From IMG/VR virus record IMGVR_UViG_2840904412_000001, positions 2,587 to 66,586 of that record: a stretch of DNA of 64,000 nucleotides. One strand, given 5' to 3'. Both the position numbers and the translations under genes were made by a program. Source of the stretch: a virus (lineage: Duplodnaviria; Caudoviricetes). Below are positions 27,567 to 37,938 of this stretch, in pieces (position 1 is the stretch's first letter; each line of letters begins with the position of its first letter). The notes beneath the pieces were generated by a model. The model had not been told where the DNA came from. It searched no databases and saw nothing but the letters and a program-made list of their open reading frames with translations.

Positions 27567-30500
27567 GTGAGTACATTTTTAAAAAATCTACATCCGTTAT
27601 TAAGAAGAAAGAAGAGTACCAGAGATAATCAAGACCCTAACTACGCTTTAATAAAAGTGCTTAACGAAGAAATCAATCAAGTAGAGAAAGATGTTATTAA
27701 GAGTAAGTTGCAATCATCCTTAAAAACAGCTACAGGAACCTACTTAGATAAATTTGGGGACTGGTTCGGTCTATATAGAAAAAAAGATGAGGAAGATGAT
27801 AAATACAGGGATAGAATTATAGAGTATCTCTTACTGAAACGAGGAACTAATAGTTCCATAGTTAAAGCTATTAAAGACTATCTAGAAAAAGAAGATGCAT
27901 ATGTATATGTGTATGAACCTTATAAAAATATATTTTATACGAATAAATCCCACCTAAATGGTGAGGACCATCTTATGGGTTATTATTATAGATTTGCCGT
28001 AATTAATATAAAAATAGGTAGTTACTTTCCAACAGAGATTTTAGAGGTTATTAATAAGTTTAAACCTGCGGGGGTTAAAGTATATTTAACCTATGACGGG
28101 GCATATAATAATACTGGAAGTTATGTAATAAAAATGTTAGAGGGGCTTCCAATAATTACAAACTACACACAGGTAACAAGGTTAAGTGGTTTTGGAGACA
28201 CATTTTATGGGCACTTAAATTTAGCAGAAAGAAAAGAATCGGTTACTATATCTTCATCTTTATTTAAAGTAAATAGAAGCAAAATTAACAGTGAAGATGT
28301 ACTTTCGGGTTCAAGCTCAACAGGTAGAGTATTTTATAATTACGCATACTATTCTAGACATGATTACGTATTAAATGATAATAGCCCAGTAACATCTAGA
28401 GATACGTATAGTGCTAAAGAAATGCCACTAGAGTACTACGCGTATACCAAAGAATTAGATAATTACACTGTAAATTATACTTTACCTACAACACAAAGTG
28501 TTAAGTTTATCTATAATAGCTTTAATTTGGAGGAATATTTCTTAAAGTACAAACCTGAAGTAGTAACAGGAGATAAAAAGGAAAGTATTATTAAGTTCAT
28601 AGGAGAAGCAACCTATGACTATTACATGAGTGCCTTAGTACCTCCAGAAGAAAGTATCATGGTAGACTTACAGATATTTGATTTTGTAACTAAACAATGG
28701 AATACTATAAATACATCTAGAGTATCTAGTAAAGAAGTTAATATAGGAGGGTCTATTGGTTATTTGACTGACTATATTAACAGTATGTTAGTACTCTTTA
28801 CTAGATTACGTATTCGAGATTACAAAGAAGTTTCCATAAAGGTCAACTATATAGACATATCGTTTAATAACACACAAATAGATAGATACACAAACAATAG
28901 ATTTTTACCAAATATTTATAAGGTACTATCATCCTTATCTAGCTATAACTATATAGATGCAACTAAATTAACTTTACCTACAAATGGGGATATTATAAGT
29001 AAACGTGCTTACTATCCATCACAGTATATAAGAATAGGTGATGCGTATAGTAATAATATAAACCGTAACTTATTAAATAATACTGTTGTATCATCAGGTA
29101 ACTATACAAGTCACTCTAACTCTACTATAACTAAACAAGGTAATGAACTAAAAGTAGAGACTGGTGAAAACCAAACAAAAACTGATGTAGAACTAAGCAA
29201 TAATATTGTATTAACAGCAGGCAGTACATATACTCTGTCTTTTATGTACAAATCAAATGACAATACTAAACCTTTAGACTATACATTTCTACAAGATACT
29301 ACAGGAACAAAGTTACCTTTAGTTTTTAGTAACATTAATCATACATCAGCCTATACAAGAGTAATAAAAACATTTACTATTGATGGTTCCTCTGATAACT
29401 ACAGTCTTATTATAGGTAAAAATAGTTCTGATATTTTTCATATAAAAGACTTTAAATTAGAGAGAGGCAGTATTGCGACAGCCTACCAACCTAACCCATC
29501 TGATTTATATACAGTAGACCCTAATAACTCTATCACTATAGAGTTACTTAAAGAGGATAGTACACCTATAGAAAGTGAAGTTTATCAAGAAAAGTCTAAA
29601 AACTTATTTCAAAGTTACAAAGGGTCAATAGATATAAGCCATGATATTACTAATACAGAGATGTTTACAACATCTGGGTTTGCTAGTACGCTATATTCCA
29701 CGGACTACTTAGATAAGATTCTAGAGGAAGGGAAACGCTATACGATTCACTTCGAGCTTGAAATTGTAGATACTATAGACAGCTCGTTTAAAACTTTTTC
29801 TGATACGCATGGTATATGGTTTTATAGTGCGACTACACCTAAAGATAATATTAACTTACGAGAGCAAATAAGTAGAACATCACCTAGAAAACTAGAGAAA
29901 ACTGTTACTTTTACAGCACCTAGAATAACAGACCACAGATTAATAATTTATTCAGGTAGATATACAATAGATGGTACAGCATATACCCAACCTATTAAAA
30001 GTAATACAATAAAGATTACTAATCTAGTGATACAAGAAGGAGAAGAATATACAGGGTACTCTAAGTCTAGTTATGATGAGGTTACCTTCCTAAATAAAAC
30101 AGTTAAAGTTAATGGCGCTAGAACGGATATAGGAAAGATTAATGTAAGTTCAGTAAATAATATTCCTAGAGCACGGCTATTATACAGCACTTATGGAGGT
30201 AATTATGACTTAATAAAGAATATTAATTTATCTCAAGGAACTAATACTATCCTTAATAAATATATTGATTTATATGGGTTAAGTACCATAGACTATTCTG
30301 ATATAACACCAATGTCAGATGTTATACTACAATCAATATGGAATATACCTATTAATACTTTAAATTCACAATCAGGAAACTTAGACGGATTATATAAAGG
30401 ATTCTTTAATGCCTTGTGGCAAACAATTACTAATAATGATGAGCGTGTGTATACTATTGAAACTTTAGACATCTTAAAGAATAATGAAGGTGGCGTGATG

Positions 30501-30698
30501 GACAACGCTACAGGGGAAGTAGTTACATTAACATCTACAAATGTCACTAACAAAACAACTTTAGATACATACTCATATAGTAATTATAAATATCAAGAGA
30601 CTGTATTATTGAACTCTAATATACCACTTTCTAATAATACATTAACTTTAGATACAGAGTCCTATGAGAAAGACACTACATTCTTAAAAATAATTTAA
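27567..30698 (+). CDS. Baseplate wedge/arm protein with internal carbohydrate-binding-like modules
   Basis: ATGTYLDKFGDWFG, KPAGV motifs; NRNLL...KLERGSIATAYQP CBM-like block. Confidence 0.75.
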   Translation: MSTFLKNLHPLLRRKKSTRDNQDPNYALIKVLNEEINQVEKDVIKSKLQSSLKTATGTYLDKFGDWFGLYRKKDEEDDKYRDRIIEYLLLKRGTNSSIVKAIKDYLEKEDAYVYVYEPYKNIFYTNKSHLNGEDHLMGYYYRFAVINIKIGSYFPTEILEVINKFKPAGVKVYLTYDGAYNNTGSYVIKMLEGLPIITNYTQVTRLSGFGDTFYGHLNLAERKESVTISSSLFKVNRSKINSEDVLSGSSSTGRVFYNYAYYSRHDYVLNDNSPVTSRDTYSAKEMPLEYYAYTKELDNYTVNYTLPTTQSVKFIYNSFNLEEYFLKYKPEVVTGDKKESIIKFIGEATYDYYMSALVPPEESIMVDLQIFDFVTKQWNTINTSRVSSKEVNIGGSIGYLTDYINSMLVLFTRLRIRDYKEVSIKVNYIDISFNNTQIDRYTNNRFLPNIYKVLSSLSSYNYIDATKLTLPTNGDIISKRAYYPSQYIRIGDAYSNNINRNLLNNTVVSSGNYTSHSNSTITKQGNELKVETGENQTKTDVELSNNIVLTAGSTYTLSFMYKSNDNTKPLDYTFLQDTTGTKLPLVFSNINHTSAYTRVIKTFTIDGSSDNYSLIIGKNSSDIFHIKDFKLERGSIATAYQPNPSDLYTVDPNNSITIELLKEDSTPIESEVYQEKSKNLFQSYKGSIDISHDITNTEMFTTSGFASTLYSTDYLDKILEEGKRYTIHFELEIVDTIDSSFKTFSDTHGIWFYSATTPKDNINLREQISRTSPRKLEKTVTFTAPRITDHRLIIYSGRYTIDGTAYTQPIKSNTIKITNLVIQEGEEYTGYSKSSYDEVTFLNKTVKVNGARTDIGKINVSSVNNIPRARLLYSTYGGNYDLIKNINLSQGTNTILNKYIDLYGLSTIDYSDITPMSDVILQSIWNIPINTLNSQSGNLDGLYKGFFNALWQTITNNDERVYTIETLDILKNNEGGVMDNATGEVVTLTSTNVTNKTTLDTYSYSNYKYQETVLLNSNIPLSNNTLTLDTESYEKDTTFLKII

Positions 30699-30781
30699 TA
30701 GCGTATTGACACGGTTCTTGTTATGTGTTATGATAAGAACGTGATATATTAATATATGACGTTAAAAAAGGAGACAAATAA

Positions 30782-31291
30782 ATGGCTATTGCAACGATTA
30801 ATTCACATGTAGAACTAGCTAAATACTACGCTAGTAAAGATTTTCATTTAGTACTAGGAAAGACATCACCATGGTCTAATGAACAAAGCCCCCCACAACC
30901 TAAAGACACAACAAGTGCCTTACAAGAGGTTATTGGGTATAAGAAAGCTAAAAAAGTAGCTTTAGTACGTCCTGCACAACCAGGAACTGATGACTCTAAG
31001 CAAAAAATCCAATATGGTAATAGAGAATGGGTAGAAGTATCCCAAGAAAATGCTATTACAGAAGGTGCTAAATATGTTTACCTTCAAGCAGAAGTAGTAG
31101 GGGACGAGCTTCCTTTAGGAACATACAGACAAGTAGGTTTTACTATGGGATTAAAATCTTCTTCAGATAAACTAAATTTAGTACCTAGTGAAGTACAAGA
31201 TGCGGGAACATTAATTTTCTATGATAATAAACAATTTCAAAACCGAGTAGCTCAAACAACAATTATTGAGTCGTTTATTATGGAATTATAA
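30782..31291 (+). CDS. Baseplate structural protein
   Basis: MAIAT...[11 protein letters not shown]...YRQVG family. Confidence 0.75.
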   Translation: MAIATINSHVELAKYYASKDFHLVLGKTSPWSNEQSPPQPKDTTSALQEVIGYKKAKKVALVRPAQPGTDDSKQKIQYGNREWVEVSQENAITEGAKYVYLQAEVVGDELPLGTYRQVGFTMGLKSSSDKLNLVPSEVQDAGTLIFYDNKQFQNRVAQTTIIESFIMEL

Positions 31292-31307
31292 GAGAGGGGA
31301 TAATTAT

Positions 31308-34300
31308 ATGGCTTTAAATTTTAGTGGTTCTCCTTATTTAGATAGATTTGACCCAACTAAGAACAGAACAAGGGTTCTTTTTAACCCAGATAGACCATTA
31401 CAGCAATCAGAATTAAATGAGATTCAGTCTATCCAAACATATTACCTAAAGAACTTTGGTGACGCCGTATTTAAAGATGGTGATAAGGTATCCGGAATGG
31501 GGTTTACCTTAGATACTAATAACATTTTAAGAGTAAACCCAGGATATGTTTACATTAATGGTAAAGTAAGATACTATGAAAGTAATAGTTCTGTTAAACT
31601 TACAAAAGTAGGAAGAGAAGAAGTAGGTATTAAATTAACAGAGCGTATTGTAACTGCTGATGAAGATAACAACCTACTAGACCAAACAAGTGGAGTACCT
31701 AGTTATTTTTCTAAGGGTGCTGACAGGGTTCAAGAGGACATGGTACTTACTGTTAATGACCCTTCAAGTGCTACTATTTATGTATTCCAAGACGGTGACT
31801 TATATATACAAGCTAGTAATCCTGAGTATGACAGAATTAATAAAGTATTAGCTGAACGTACGTATGAAGAGTCAGGCTCTTATAAAGTGCAAGGGTTTGA
31901 AATTTTTAGTGATGTAGAGGGTAAAGGTGAAGACATGGTACCTATCACAGTTGACTCAGGTATTGCTTATATATTAGGTTATCGTGTGAACAAACCAGTA
32001 TCCACACGTCTTAACTTACAAAAATCTTATGACCTAGGTACGGCAGAAAATGAATCTACTGTATATAATGACTCTAATAAAATAATCACCTTAGCAAATA
32101 AACCTGTTAAACAAGTAAACCGTGTAACTGGACAGGTACTTGTAGAAAAAGAAGCAATTTCTAGAGACAATGTAGGAGATACTGTAGATTACTTAGCAAA
32201 CAATACAGCTTTTGAAATTGTACGTGTTTGGACAGAAGATAGCCCTGAGCATACTACAAAAGAATATAAGCAAGGCACAGATTACAGACTAACAAACGGA
32301 CAGTCAGTAGACTGGTCATTAGGCGGAGAAGAGCCTAATGGCGGTACTACTTACTATGTTTCGTATAAGTATAATAGACGTATGGAAGAGAGCAAAGATT
32401 ACACTTTGAAAACAACAGGAGAAGGTGCAAATAAATACTGGTACTTAGACTTCAATACTGAAGGAACTAAGCCGATTGACCAGTCTGTTGTATTAGTGGA
32501 CTATAACTACTACTTAGCACGTCAAGACTTGATTGTATTAGATAAAGATGGTAATATTAAGGCATTAAAAGGTGAACCTAATATTTTAAGAAATGTTACA
32601 CCCCCACTTCAACATGACCCATTTACTCTTCAACTAGGTTATGTAACAATATTCCCAGACTCTGATGCTACAGAATGTTACACACAATCTGTAGAGCGTT
32701 TATCAATGGAGTCCTTACAAAAGATGAAAAAACGTATTGATAACCTAGAGTATAACCAAGCATTGAACGCATTAGATGATAGTGCTATGGAAGGTCAAAA
32801 CCCACTCACATTACGTTCAGTGTTTAGTGATGGCTTTGTTAGTTTAGAGAAAGCCGATGTAACACACCCAGACTATGGTGTTGCTATGAGTTTTGAGGAC
32901 TCAGAGGTAACACTACAGTATACAACTAGCGTGAATGACCCTAACTTACTAAAAGGCTCAAGTAATATTCACAACTGGGGTAGAATTGTTTCAGCACCAT
33001 TTACTGAGGAGCGCACAATTTACCAACCACTAGCTAGTGAAACACTTAATGTAAACCCTTATAATATACCAAATAAACAAGGTAAACTAAAATTAACACC
33101 TAGTGAGGATAACTGGATTGATGAAGAGAATGTAACAATTAACCAGTTCGGTAAAGCTAAGGTAGTTAATACACGTAGATGGTGGGTTCATCCAGAGGCT
33201 TCAGCTAAACGTAATGCAAAATCAAGAGCAGAACAAGCAAAAATTGAACTAGATAATGGATTAGAGTTTGGTAGTACTTTTGAAAAATGGCGTGCAACAA
33301 CTACAGGTACCATGACTGAAGTGGGACATAAAACATTAGAAGAAATGATTGAGTTCATTAGACAACGAGATGTTAAATTTGAGGTAAACGGACTACATCC
33401 TAATGATAATAACTTAGTATTATACTTTGATGGTGTTAGAGCACCTATTACACCAGATGTAGGATACAGAAAAGGAACCGAAGAAGGTTCTATTATTACA
33501 GATGCAAAAGGAACAGCAAAAGGCAAGTTTACAATTCCCGCAGGTATTCGTTGTGGTAATCGTGAAGTTTCATTAAAGAATGAAAATTCTACTAGCTCAA
33601 CTACATATTCCGCACATGGTAGAAAGAAGATTAACCAAGAGATTATCTTACGTACACGTGTCACAGTAAACTTAATTGACCCATTAGCTCAATCATTCCA
33701 GTACGATGAAAACAGAATCATCAGTTCTGTAGGTTTATACTTTGCATCTAAAGGGGATGACAACTCTAATGTAACGGTTCAAGTGCGTGAAGTAGGTAAT
33801 CAAGGTTTCCCTACTAAAACTATTTACGGAGAACAAGTAGTTAACTCTAGTGATATTAAGGTATCTAATAATGCTAGTGCTGAGACAAGAGTATACTTTG
33901 ATGACCCTATTATGGTAGAAGCAGGAAAGGAATACGCTTTAGTTATTCTTACAGAAAATGATGAGTATACTATGTGGGTAGGTACACGCAATAAGCCACG
34001 TATTGATAGACCAACAGAAACCATTTCTGGTAATCCATATGCACGAGGAGTATTATATAGCTCATCTAACGCAAGTGCATGGACAATTCACCAAAATAGT
34101 GACCTTAAATTTGGTATTTACACAGCTAAATTTAATGAGACAGCACAAATTGAGTTTGAGGAAATGACTGATGTTAAAGGTGACAGACTTGTATTAATGT
34201 CTACATACTTAACACCAGAGAACACGGGTTGTACATGGGAAATGAAAGTAATCACTGATGCTATGGATGAGGGTACAATATTCGATACGCTTAAATGGGA

Positions 34301-34763
34301 GCCTGTTGGTAACTACCAAGATATAGAAATCGATTCTGTAATTAAAAAAGTTAAGTTACGTGCAACATTTAACTCTAATAAATATATTTCACCTCTATTA
34401 AGTGTATCTGATTTAACATTTACAACATTCTTAACTAACCTTAAAGGTAGCTACATTGCTAGAGGCGTAGATATGAGTGAGGCACCATTCAATACTATTA
34501 GATTTAGTTACGAGGCATTTCTACCTCAAGGGGCAACAGTGACTCCTAAGTACTCTGTAGATGGTGGAGTGTCATGGAAAGAATTTAGTAAAACAGCAAC
34601 TAAGACTAAAGCCAACAACGAATTTACTAGATACGTTATTGATGAGAAAACAAATAAATCATCTAAAGATAAAAAATTAAAAGTTAGATTGGACTTAGCA
34701 ACTAAGAATAGTTTCTTACGTCCACGTGTAAGACGTCTAATGGTTACAACTAGAGATGAATAA
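31308..34763 (+). CDS. Large adsorption-associated tail/baseplate protein (DUF4815-like)
   Basis: SPYLDRFDP..VLFNPDRPLQQSELNE, RTYEESGSY, DPLAQSF motifs. Confidence 0.85.
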   Translation: MALNFSGSPYLDRFDPTKNRTRVLFNPDRPLQQSELNEIQSIQTYYLKNFGDAVFKDGDKVSGMGFTLDTNNILRVNPGYVYINGKVRYYESNSSVKLTKVGREEVGIKLTERIVTADEDNNLLDQTSGVPSYFSKGADRVQEDMVLTVNDPSSATIYVFQDGDLYIQASNPEYDRINKVLAERTYEESGSYKVQGFEIFSDVEGKGEDMVPITVDSGIAYILGYRVNKPVSTRLNLQKSYDLGTAENESTVYNDSNKIITLANKPVKQVNRVTGQVLVEKEAISRDNVGDTVDYLANNTAFEIVRVWTEDSPEHTTKEYKQGTDYRLTNGQSVDWSLGGEEPNGGTTYYVSYKYNRRMEESKDYTLKTTGEGANKYWYLDFNTEGTKPIDQSVVLVDYNYYLARQDLIVLDKDGNIKALKGEPNILRNVTPPLQHDPFTLQLGYVTIFPDSDATECYTQSVERLSMESLQKMKKRIDNLEYNQALNALDDSAMEGQNPLTLRSVFSDGFVSLEKADVTHPDYGVAMSFEDSEVTLQYTTSVNDPNLLKGSSNIHNWGRIVSAPFTEERTIYQPLASETLNVNPYNIPNKQGKLKLTPSEDNWIDEENVTINQFGKAKVVNTRRWWVHPEASAKRNAKSRAEQAKIELDNGLEFGSTFEKWRATTTGTMTEVGHKTLEEMIEFIRQRDVKFEVNGLHPNDNNLVLYFDGVRAPITPDVGYRKGTEEGSIITDAKGTAKGKFTIPAGIRCGNREVSLKNENSTSSTTYSAHGRKKINQEIILRTRVTVNLIDPLAQSFQYDENRIISSVGLYFASKGDDNSNVTVQVREVGNQGFPTKTIYGEQVVNSSDIKVSNNASAETRVYFDDPIMVEAGKEYALVILTENDEYTMWVGTRNKPRIDRPTETISGNPYARGVLYSSSNASAWTIHQNSDLKFGIYTAKFNETAQIEFEEMTDVKGDRLVLMSTYLTPENTGCTWEMKVITDAMDEGTIFDTLKWEPVGNYQDIEIDSVIKKVKLRATFNSNKYISPLLSVSDLTFTTFLTNLKGSYIARGVDMSEAPFNTIRFSYEAFLPQGATVTPKYSVDGGVSWKEFSKTATKTKANNEFTRYVIDEKTNKSSKDKKLKVRLDLATKNSFLRPRVRRLMVTTRDE

Positions 34764-34809
34764 TTTTAAAGGGGATTCTATCCCCTTTTCTATAAAGGAA
34801 TGATGATGT

Positions 34810-34977
34810 ATGCCACATGAGTATAGAGACCCTTACTCACAAACAAAAATATTTATTCCAACACCACAAGAAAAGAGTGTGTTGGAGTTACATGATAGAT
34901 TATCAAAGAAAGAAAAACTATTTGATGAAAAACTAAAAAAACTAGATGAATTAATTAGTAGGAGTGAACTTAACTAA
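34810..34977 (+). CDS. Small conserved protein (55 aa)
   Basis: MPHEYRDPYSQTKIFIPTPQEKS...; AAAGGA RBS; stop overlaps the next start. Confidence 0.7.
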   Translation: MPHEYRDPYSQTKIFIPTPQEKSVLELHDRLSKKEKLFDEKLKKLDELISRSELN

Positions 34978-36026
34978 TGGCTTTTACTTTTAAACAATTA
35001 AAAGGTACGGACTATTTAAAAGATGCTTACCCTAAAATAAATGAGTTAGGTAGCAATAGTGCCTCCTTGTCACAAGATGTAGAGAATATACAGAGGATGT
35101 TTCAAAATATACAGACATTTAGTATTACTGATAGCAGAGGCAGAACTCCTGAGGGGTCTCAGATAAATCAAGATTACGTAAGTAGCTATGTTGATGTATA
35201 TGGTTCTTTAGTATATCCACCAGACAACGTTAATTCTACAGGCTGGATTTACGCTAAGATTACTGCGTCGAATGAGGGTATGTTAGTTTTTTTACCTGAT
35301 AATTCAGAAAAAATATTTACAAAGGTTAAACATAACGGCTCATGGTCTGCATGGTCTAGCTATAGCTCTGATAGAGAAATTAATAAATTTATTCCAGGAG
35401 ATATACTTAAGAATGGTGATTTTGATTACAAGTGGGGAATAGGTTCTGGTACATTAGAGGACGAGGTAGCTAATGTAAACTTTGGGCTGTCCTTGTTCTA
35501 TGCAACACAAAACATGAGAAATTCTAAGTTCCCTGAACCCGTTATGGGTACAATACAGAAAAGTGTTGAAGGTAGTGGTTTTAAAGCTATTATAAAAGCT
35601 ACAGGGGTTTCCGGCAAAGAATATATCATAAATATACGTAATGGTTACAGTAAACCTGTATCTCAAACTATTACAACAACGGAACTTTGGAAAGGTAGTC
35701 AAGATTTAGCTACTAAGAGTACTGTTAGGTTAAAAGACACAGTTAATAATTATGATTATATTGAGTATTACGTTACATTTTCTTTAGGTGGTGCGTATAC
35801 ATTTAAGGTATCACCTCAAGTATCTACGGTATACTTTCGTGATTTAAACCTTGTGAATAACGATTCTAGTGCGGGATTTGACTTATTTGAGGGCGCTGTT
35901 ACTGTTGATAGTTCTGGATTATCAATTACACCTTATATGAGTAAGAAAGTAACAGGAAATGCAGTTCAGTCTGACCAAACTGGAAATATTACGTTACAAG
36001 CCGTTACTGGCATCAAACAAATATAA
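34977..36026 (+). CDS. Putative receptor-binding / tail fibre protein
   Basis: WSAW repeat motif, LWKGS..LKDTVNNYDYIE C-terminal domain; synteny. Confidence 0.7.
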   Translation: MAFTFKQLKGTDYLKDAYPKINELGSNSASLSQDVENIQRMFQNIQTFSITDSRGRTPEGSQINQDYVSSYVDVYGSLVYPPDNVNSTGWIYAKITASNEGMLVFLPDNSEKIFTKVKHNGSWSAWSSYSSDREINKFIPGDILKNGDFDYKWGIGSGTLEDEVANVNFGLSLFYATQNMRNSKFPEPVMGTIQKSVEGSGFKAIIKATGVSGKEYIINIRNGYSKPVSQTITTTELWKGSQDLATKSTVRLKDTVNNYDYIEYYVTFSLGGAYTFKVSPQVSTVYFRDLNLVNNDSSAGFDLFEGAVTVDSSGLSITPYMSKKVTGNAVQSDQTGNITLQAVTGIKQI

Positions 36027-36119
36027 AGGGGGATTATAACAGGTAATAGTTTATAAAAACTTATAAATTTATTTGTATTTTTGGATAAAATATGCTATAC
36101 TATATATAGAGGTGATAGT

Positions 36120-36275
36120 ATGGCATATATGTCTATAGAAATTATTGATAATGAAGAAAAAACGGAACAACAAGAGTTAGTAGAAGATTTAATTCAAATA
36201 GTTACAGTATTTTCTTGTAGATTACAAGGAAAAAGAGCACATAAAGCTAAAAAAAATAGTAGGTACATTAACTAA
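36120..36275 (+). pseudogene. tnpA: IS607 serine recombinase TnpA remnant (C-terminal helix only)
   Basis: IEIIDNEEKTEQQELVEDLIQIVTVFSCRLQGKRA is the IS607 TnpA C-terminus; the HTH and catalytic Ser domain are absent. Confidence 0.85.
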
Positions 36276-37384
36276 TGATAACTAAAAAAGTTAGACTTAA
36301 GCCTACTAAACAACAGGAGTTAAAATTGTATAAATCATCCGGTACAGCAAGATTTATATATAATTGGACTTTAGCAAAACAACAAGAAAATTATAGACAA
36401 GGTAATAAATTTATACAAGATTCTGTGTTAAGAAAAGAAATAACACAACTAAAGAAAACTGAAGAGTTTAAATGGTTGAGTGAAGTAAGTAACAATATTC
36501 CTAAGCAAGCAGTTAAAGACGCTTGTAATGCTTACAAAAGGTTTTTTAAAAAGCAATCTAGCTTTCCTAGGTTTAAATCTAAAAAGAAAACAAGACCTAG
36601 TTTCTATAATGATTCACAAAAACTAAAAGTAAAAGAAAACTTAGTATTATTAGAAAAAGTAGGTTGGGTTAGAACTTCTGAACAATTACCTACTAATACC
36701 AAGTACTATAATCCTAGAATTACTTTTGATGGTAAGTACTGGTACATAAGTGTTTCTATTGAAGGAGAGAACAGATATGAAGAGCTAACAAACGAATCTT
36801 TAGGTATAGATTTAGGTATAAAAGAGTTAGCCGTATGCTCTGATGGAACCATTTATGGGAATATTAATAAAACAATAAAAGTTAAAAAACTAGAAAAACG
36901 ATTACGTAGATTGCAACGTAAGGTATCACGTAAATACCAAAAAAATAAAGAAGGGAGTACCTTTGTCAAAACTTGCAATATTGTAAAACTTGAAAAACAA
37001 ATTAAACTATTACAACGAAGATTGTCTAACATTCGAAAAAACTATTTACATCAAACAACAACTTCTATAGTGAAAACCAAACCTAGAAGAATTGTTATAG
37101 AAGACTTGAATGTAAATGGTATGATGAAGAATAGACATTTAGCTAAAGCAGTACAAAAACAAGGTTTTTATGAATTTAGAAGACAATTAGAATACAAAAC
37201 TAAAAGAAAAGGTATTGAATTAGTTATTGCAAATAGATTCTTTCCTTCTAGTAAAACATGCTCTAATTGTGGTAAAGTCTATAAAAATTTAAAACTATCA
37301 GACAGAATACTTAAATGTGATTGTGGTTTTAGTATTGATAGAGACCTAAATGCAAGTATTAATTTAGCTAATTACAATATTTAG
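36275..37384 (+). CDS. tnpB: TnpB RNA-guided endonuclease (IS607 type)
   Basis: RuvC GIDLG / VIEDL / DRDLNAS intact; zinc finger CSNC...CDC. Confidence 0.95.
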   Translation: MITKKVRLKPTKQQELKLYKSSGTARFIYNWTLAKQQENYRQGNKFIQDSVLRKEITQLKKTEEFKWLSEVSNNIPKQAVKDACNAYKRFFKKQSSFPRFKSKKKTRPSFYNDSQKLKVKENLVLLEKVGWVRTSEQLPTNTKYYNPRITFDGKYWYISVSIEGENRYEELTNESLGIDLGIKELAVCSDGTIYGNINKTIKVKKLEKRLRRLQRKVSRKYQKNKEGSTFVKTCNIVKLEKQIKLLQRRLSNIRKNYLHQTTTSIVKTKPRRIVIEDLNVNGMMKNRHLAKAVQKQGFYEFRRQLEYKTKRKGIELVIANRFFPSSKTCSNCGKVYKNLKLSDRILKCDCGFSIDRDLNASINLANYNI

Positions 37385-37554
37385 ATTAACACTAATAAGA
37401 TACTAAATATGTGTACCATTCGTTGTATGGGAATTTAAGCCTTTGAAGTATCATACAAACTTGAGTAGAGTAAATGAATATAGTAATTTACTCAAAAAGG
37501 GATACGTTGAAAAAGGAATAAAATTTATAAAGTTTTATAAGTTTTTGACAACGG
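37385..37554 (+). ncRNA. Putative TnpB omegaRNA scaffold
   Basis: Structured right-end region downstream of tnpB, similar to 10684-10843. Confidence 0.65.
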
Positions 37555-37561
37555 GATTAGA

Positions 37562-37930
37562 ATGAGCAGACAAATTAATTTTGCAGTAGATGGGTATCTT
37601 TTACTTTTATTAGATAAGAACGTTATTACAGGATACGTTACATATGGGCAGGAGGAGGAGGGTGTAGCCCAGGTGTTAGTACACGAGGACTTACTCCCTA
37701 GAGACTTCTTTAAAGAATTTAAAGCTACTAAATACAAATATTATAGTTCACCAGAAGAGATTATTATTAATCCTGATTATAAAGAACCTCAACAACAAGA
37801 AGAAAGTAGTGCTGAGAGTACCCCAGAACAGCAAGAAAAAGATTCTAAATCAGTTGAACATTTAATGGATGAACTACAGAGTATTAAAGATATGCAAAAC
37901 AAGATTTTAGAGTTACTTATGGGAAAGTAG
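37562..37930 (+). CDS. Tail fibre assembly/chaperone-like protein
   Basis: FKATKYKY...IIINPDY motif; lies between the two RBP-like genes. Confidence 0.6.
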   Translation: MSRQINFAVDGYLLLLLDKNVITGYVTYGQEEEGVAQVLVHEDLLPRDFFKEFKATKYKYYSSPEEIIINPDYKEPQQQEESSAESTPEQQEKDSKSVEHLMDELQSIKDMQNKILELLMGK

Positions 37931-37938
37931 GGTAGTGC

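Larger units (their letters stand above)
36031..37554 (+). mobile_element. IS607-family element with internally deleted tnpA and intact tnpB
   Basis: GG-containing junctions (AGGGGG-ATTATAAC / ACAACGG-GATTAG) and TTATAA repeats near both ends. Ends are approximate to a few nt. Confidence 0.8.

Noticed and set aside
36081-36119. TTG-start extension of the tnpA remnant
   Set aside because: It overlaps the promoter-like left end; the RBS GAGGTG supports ATG 36120.
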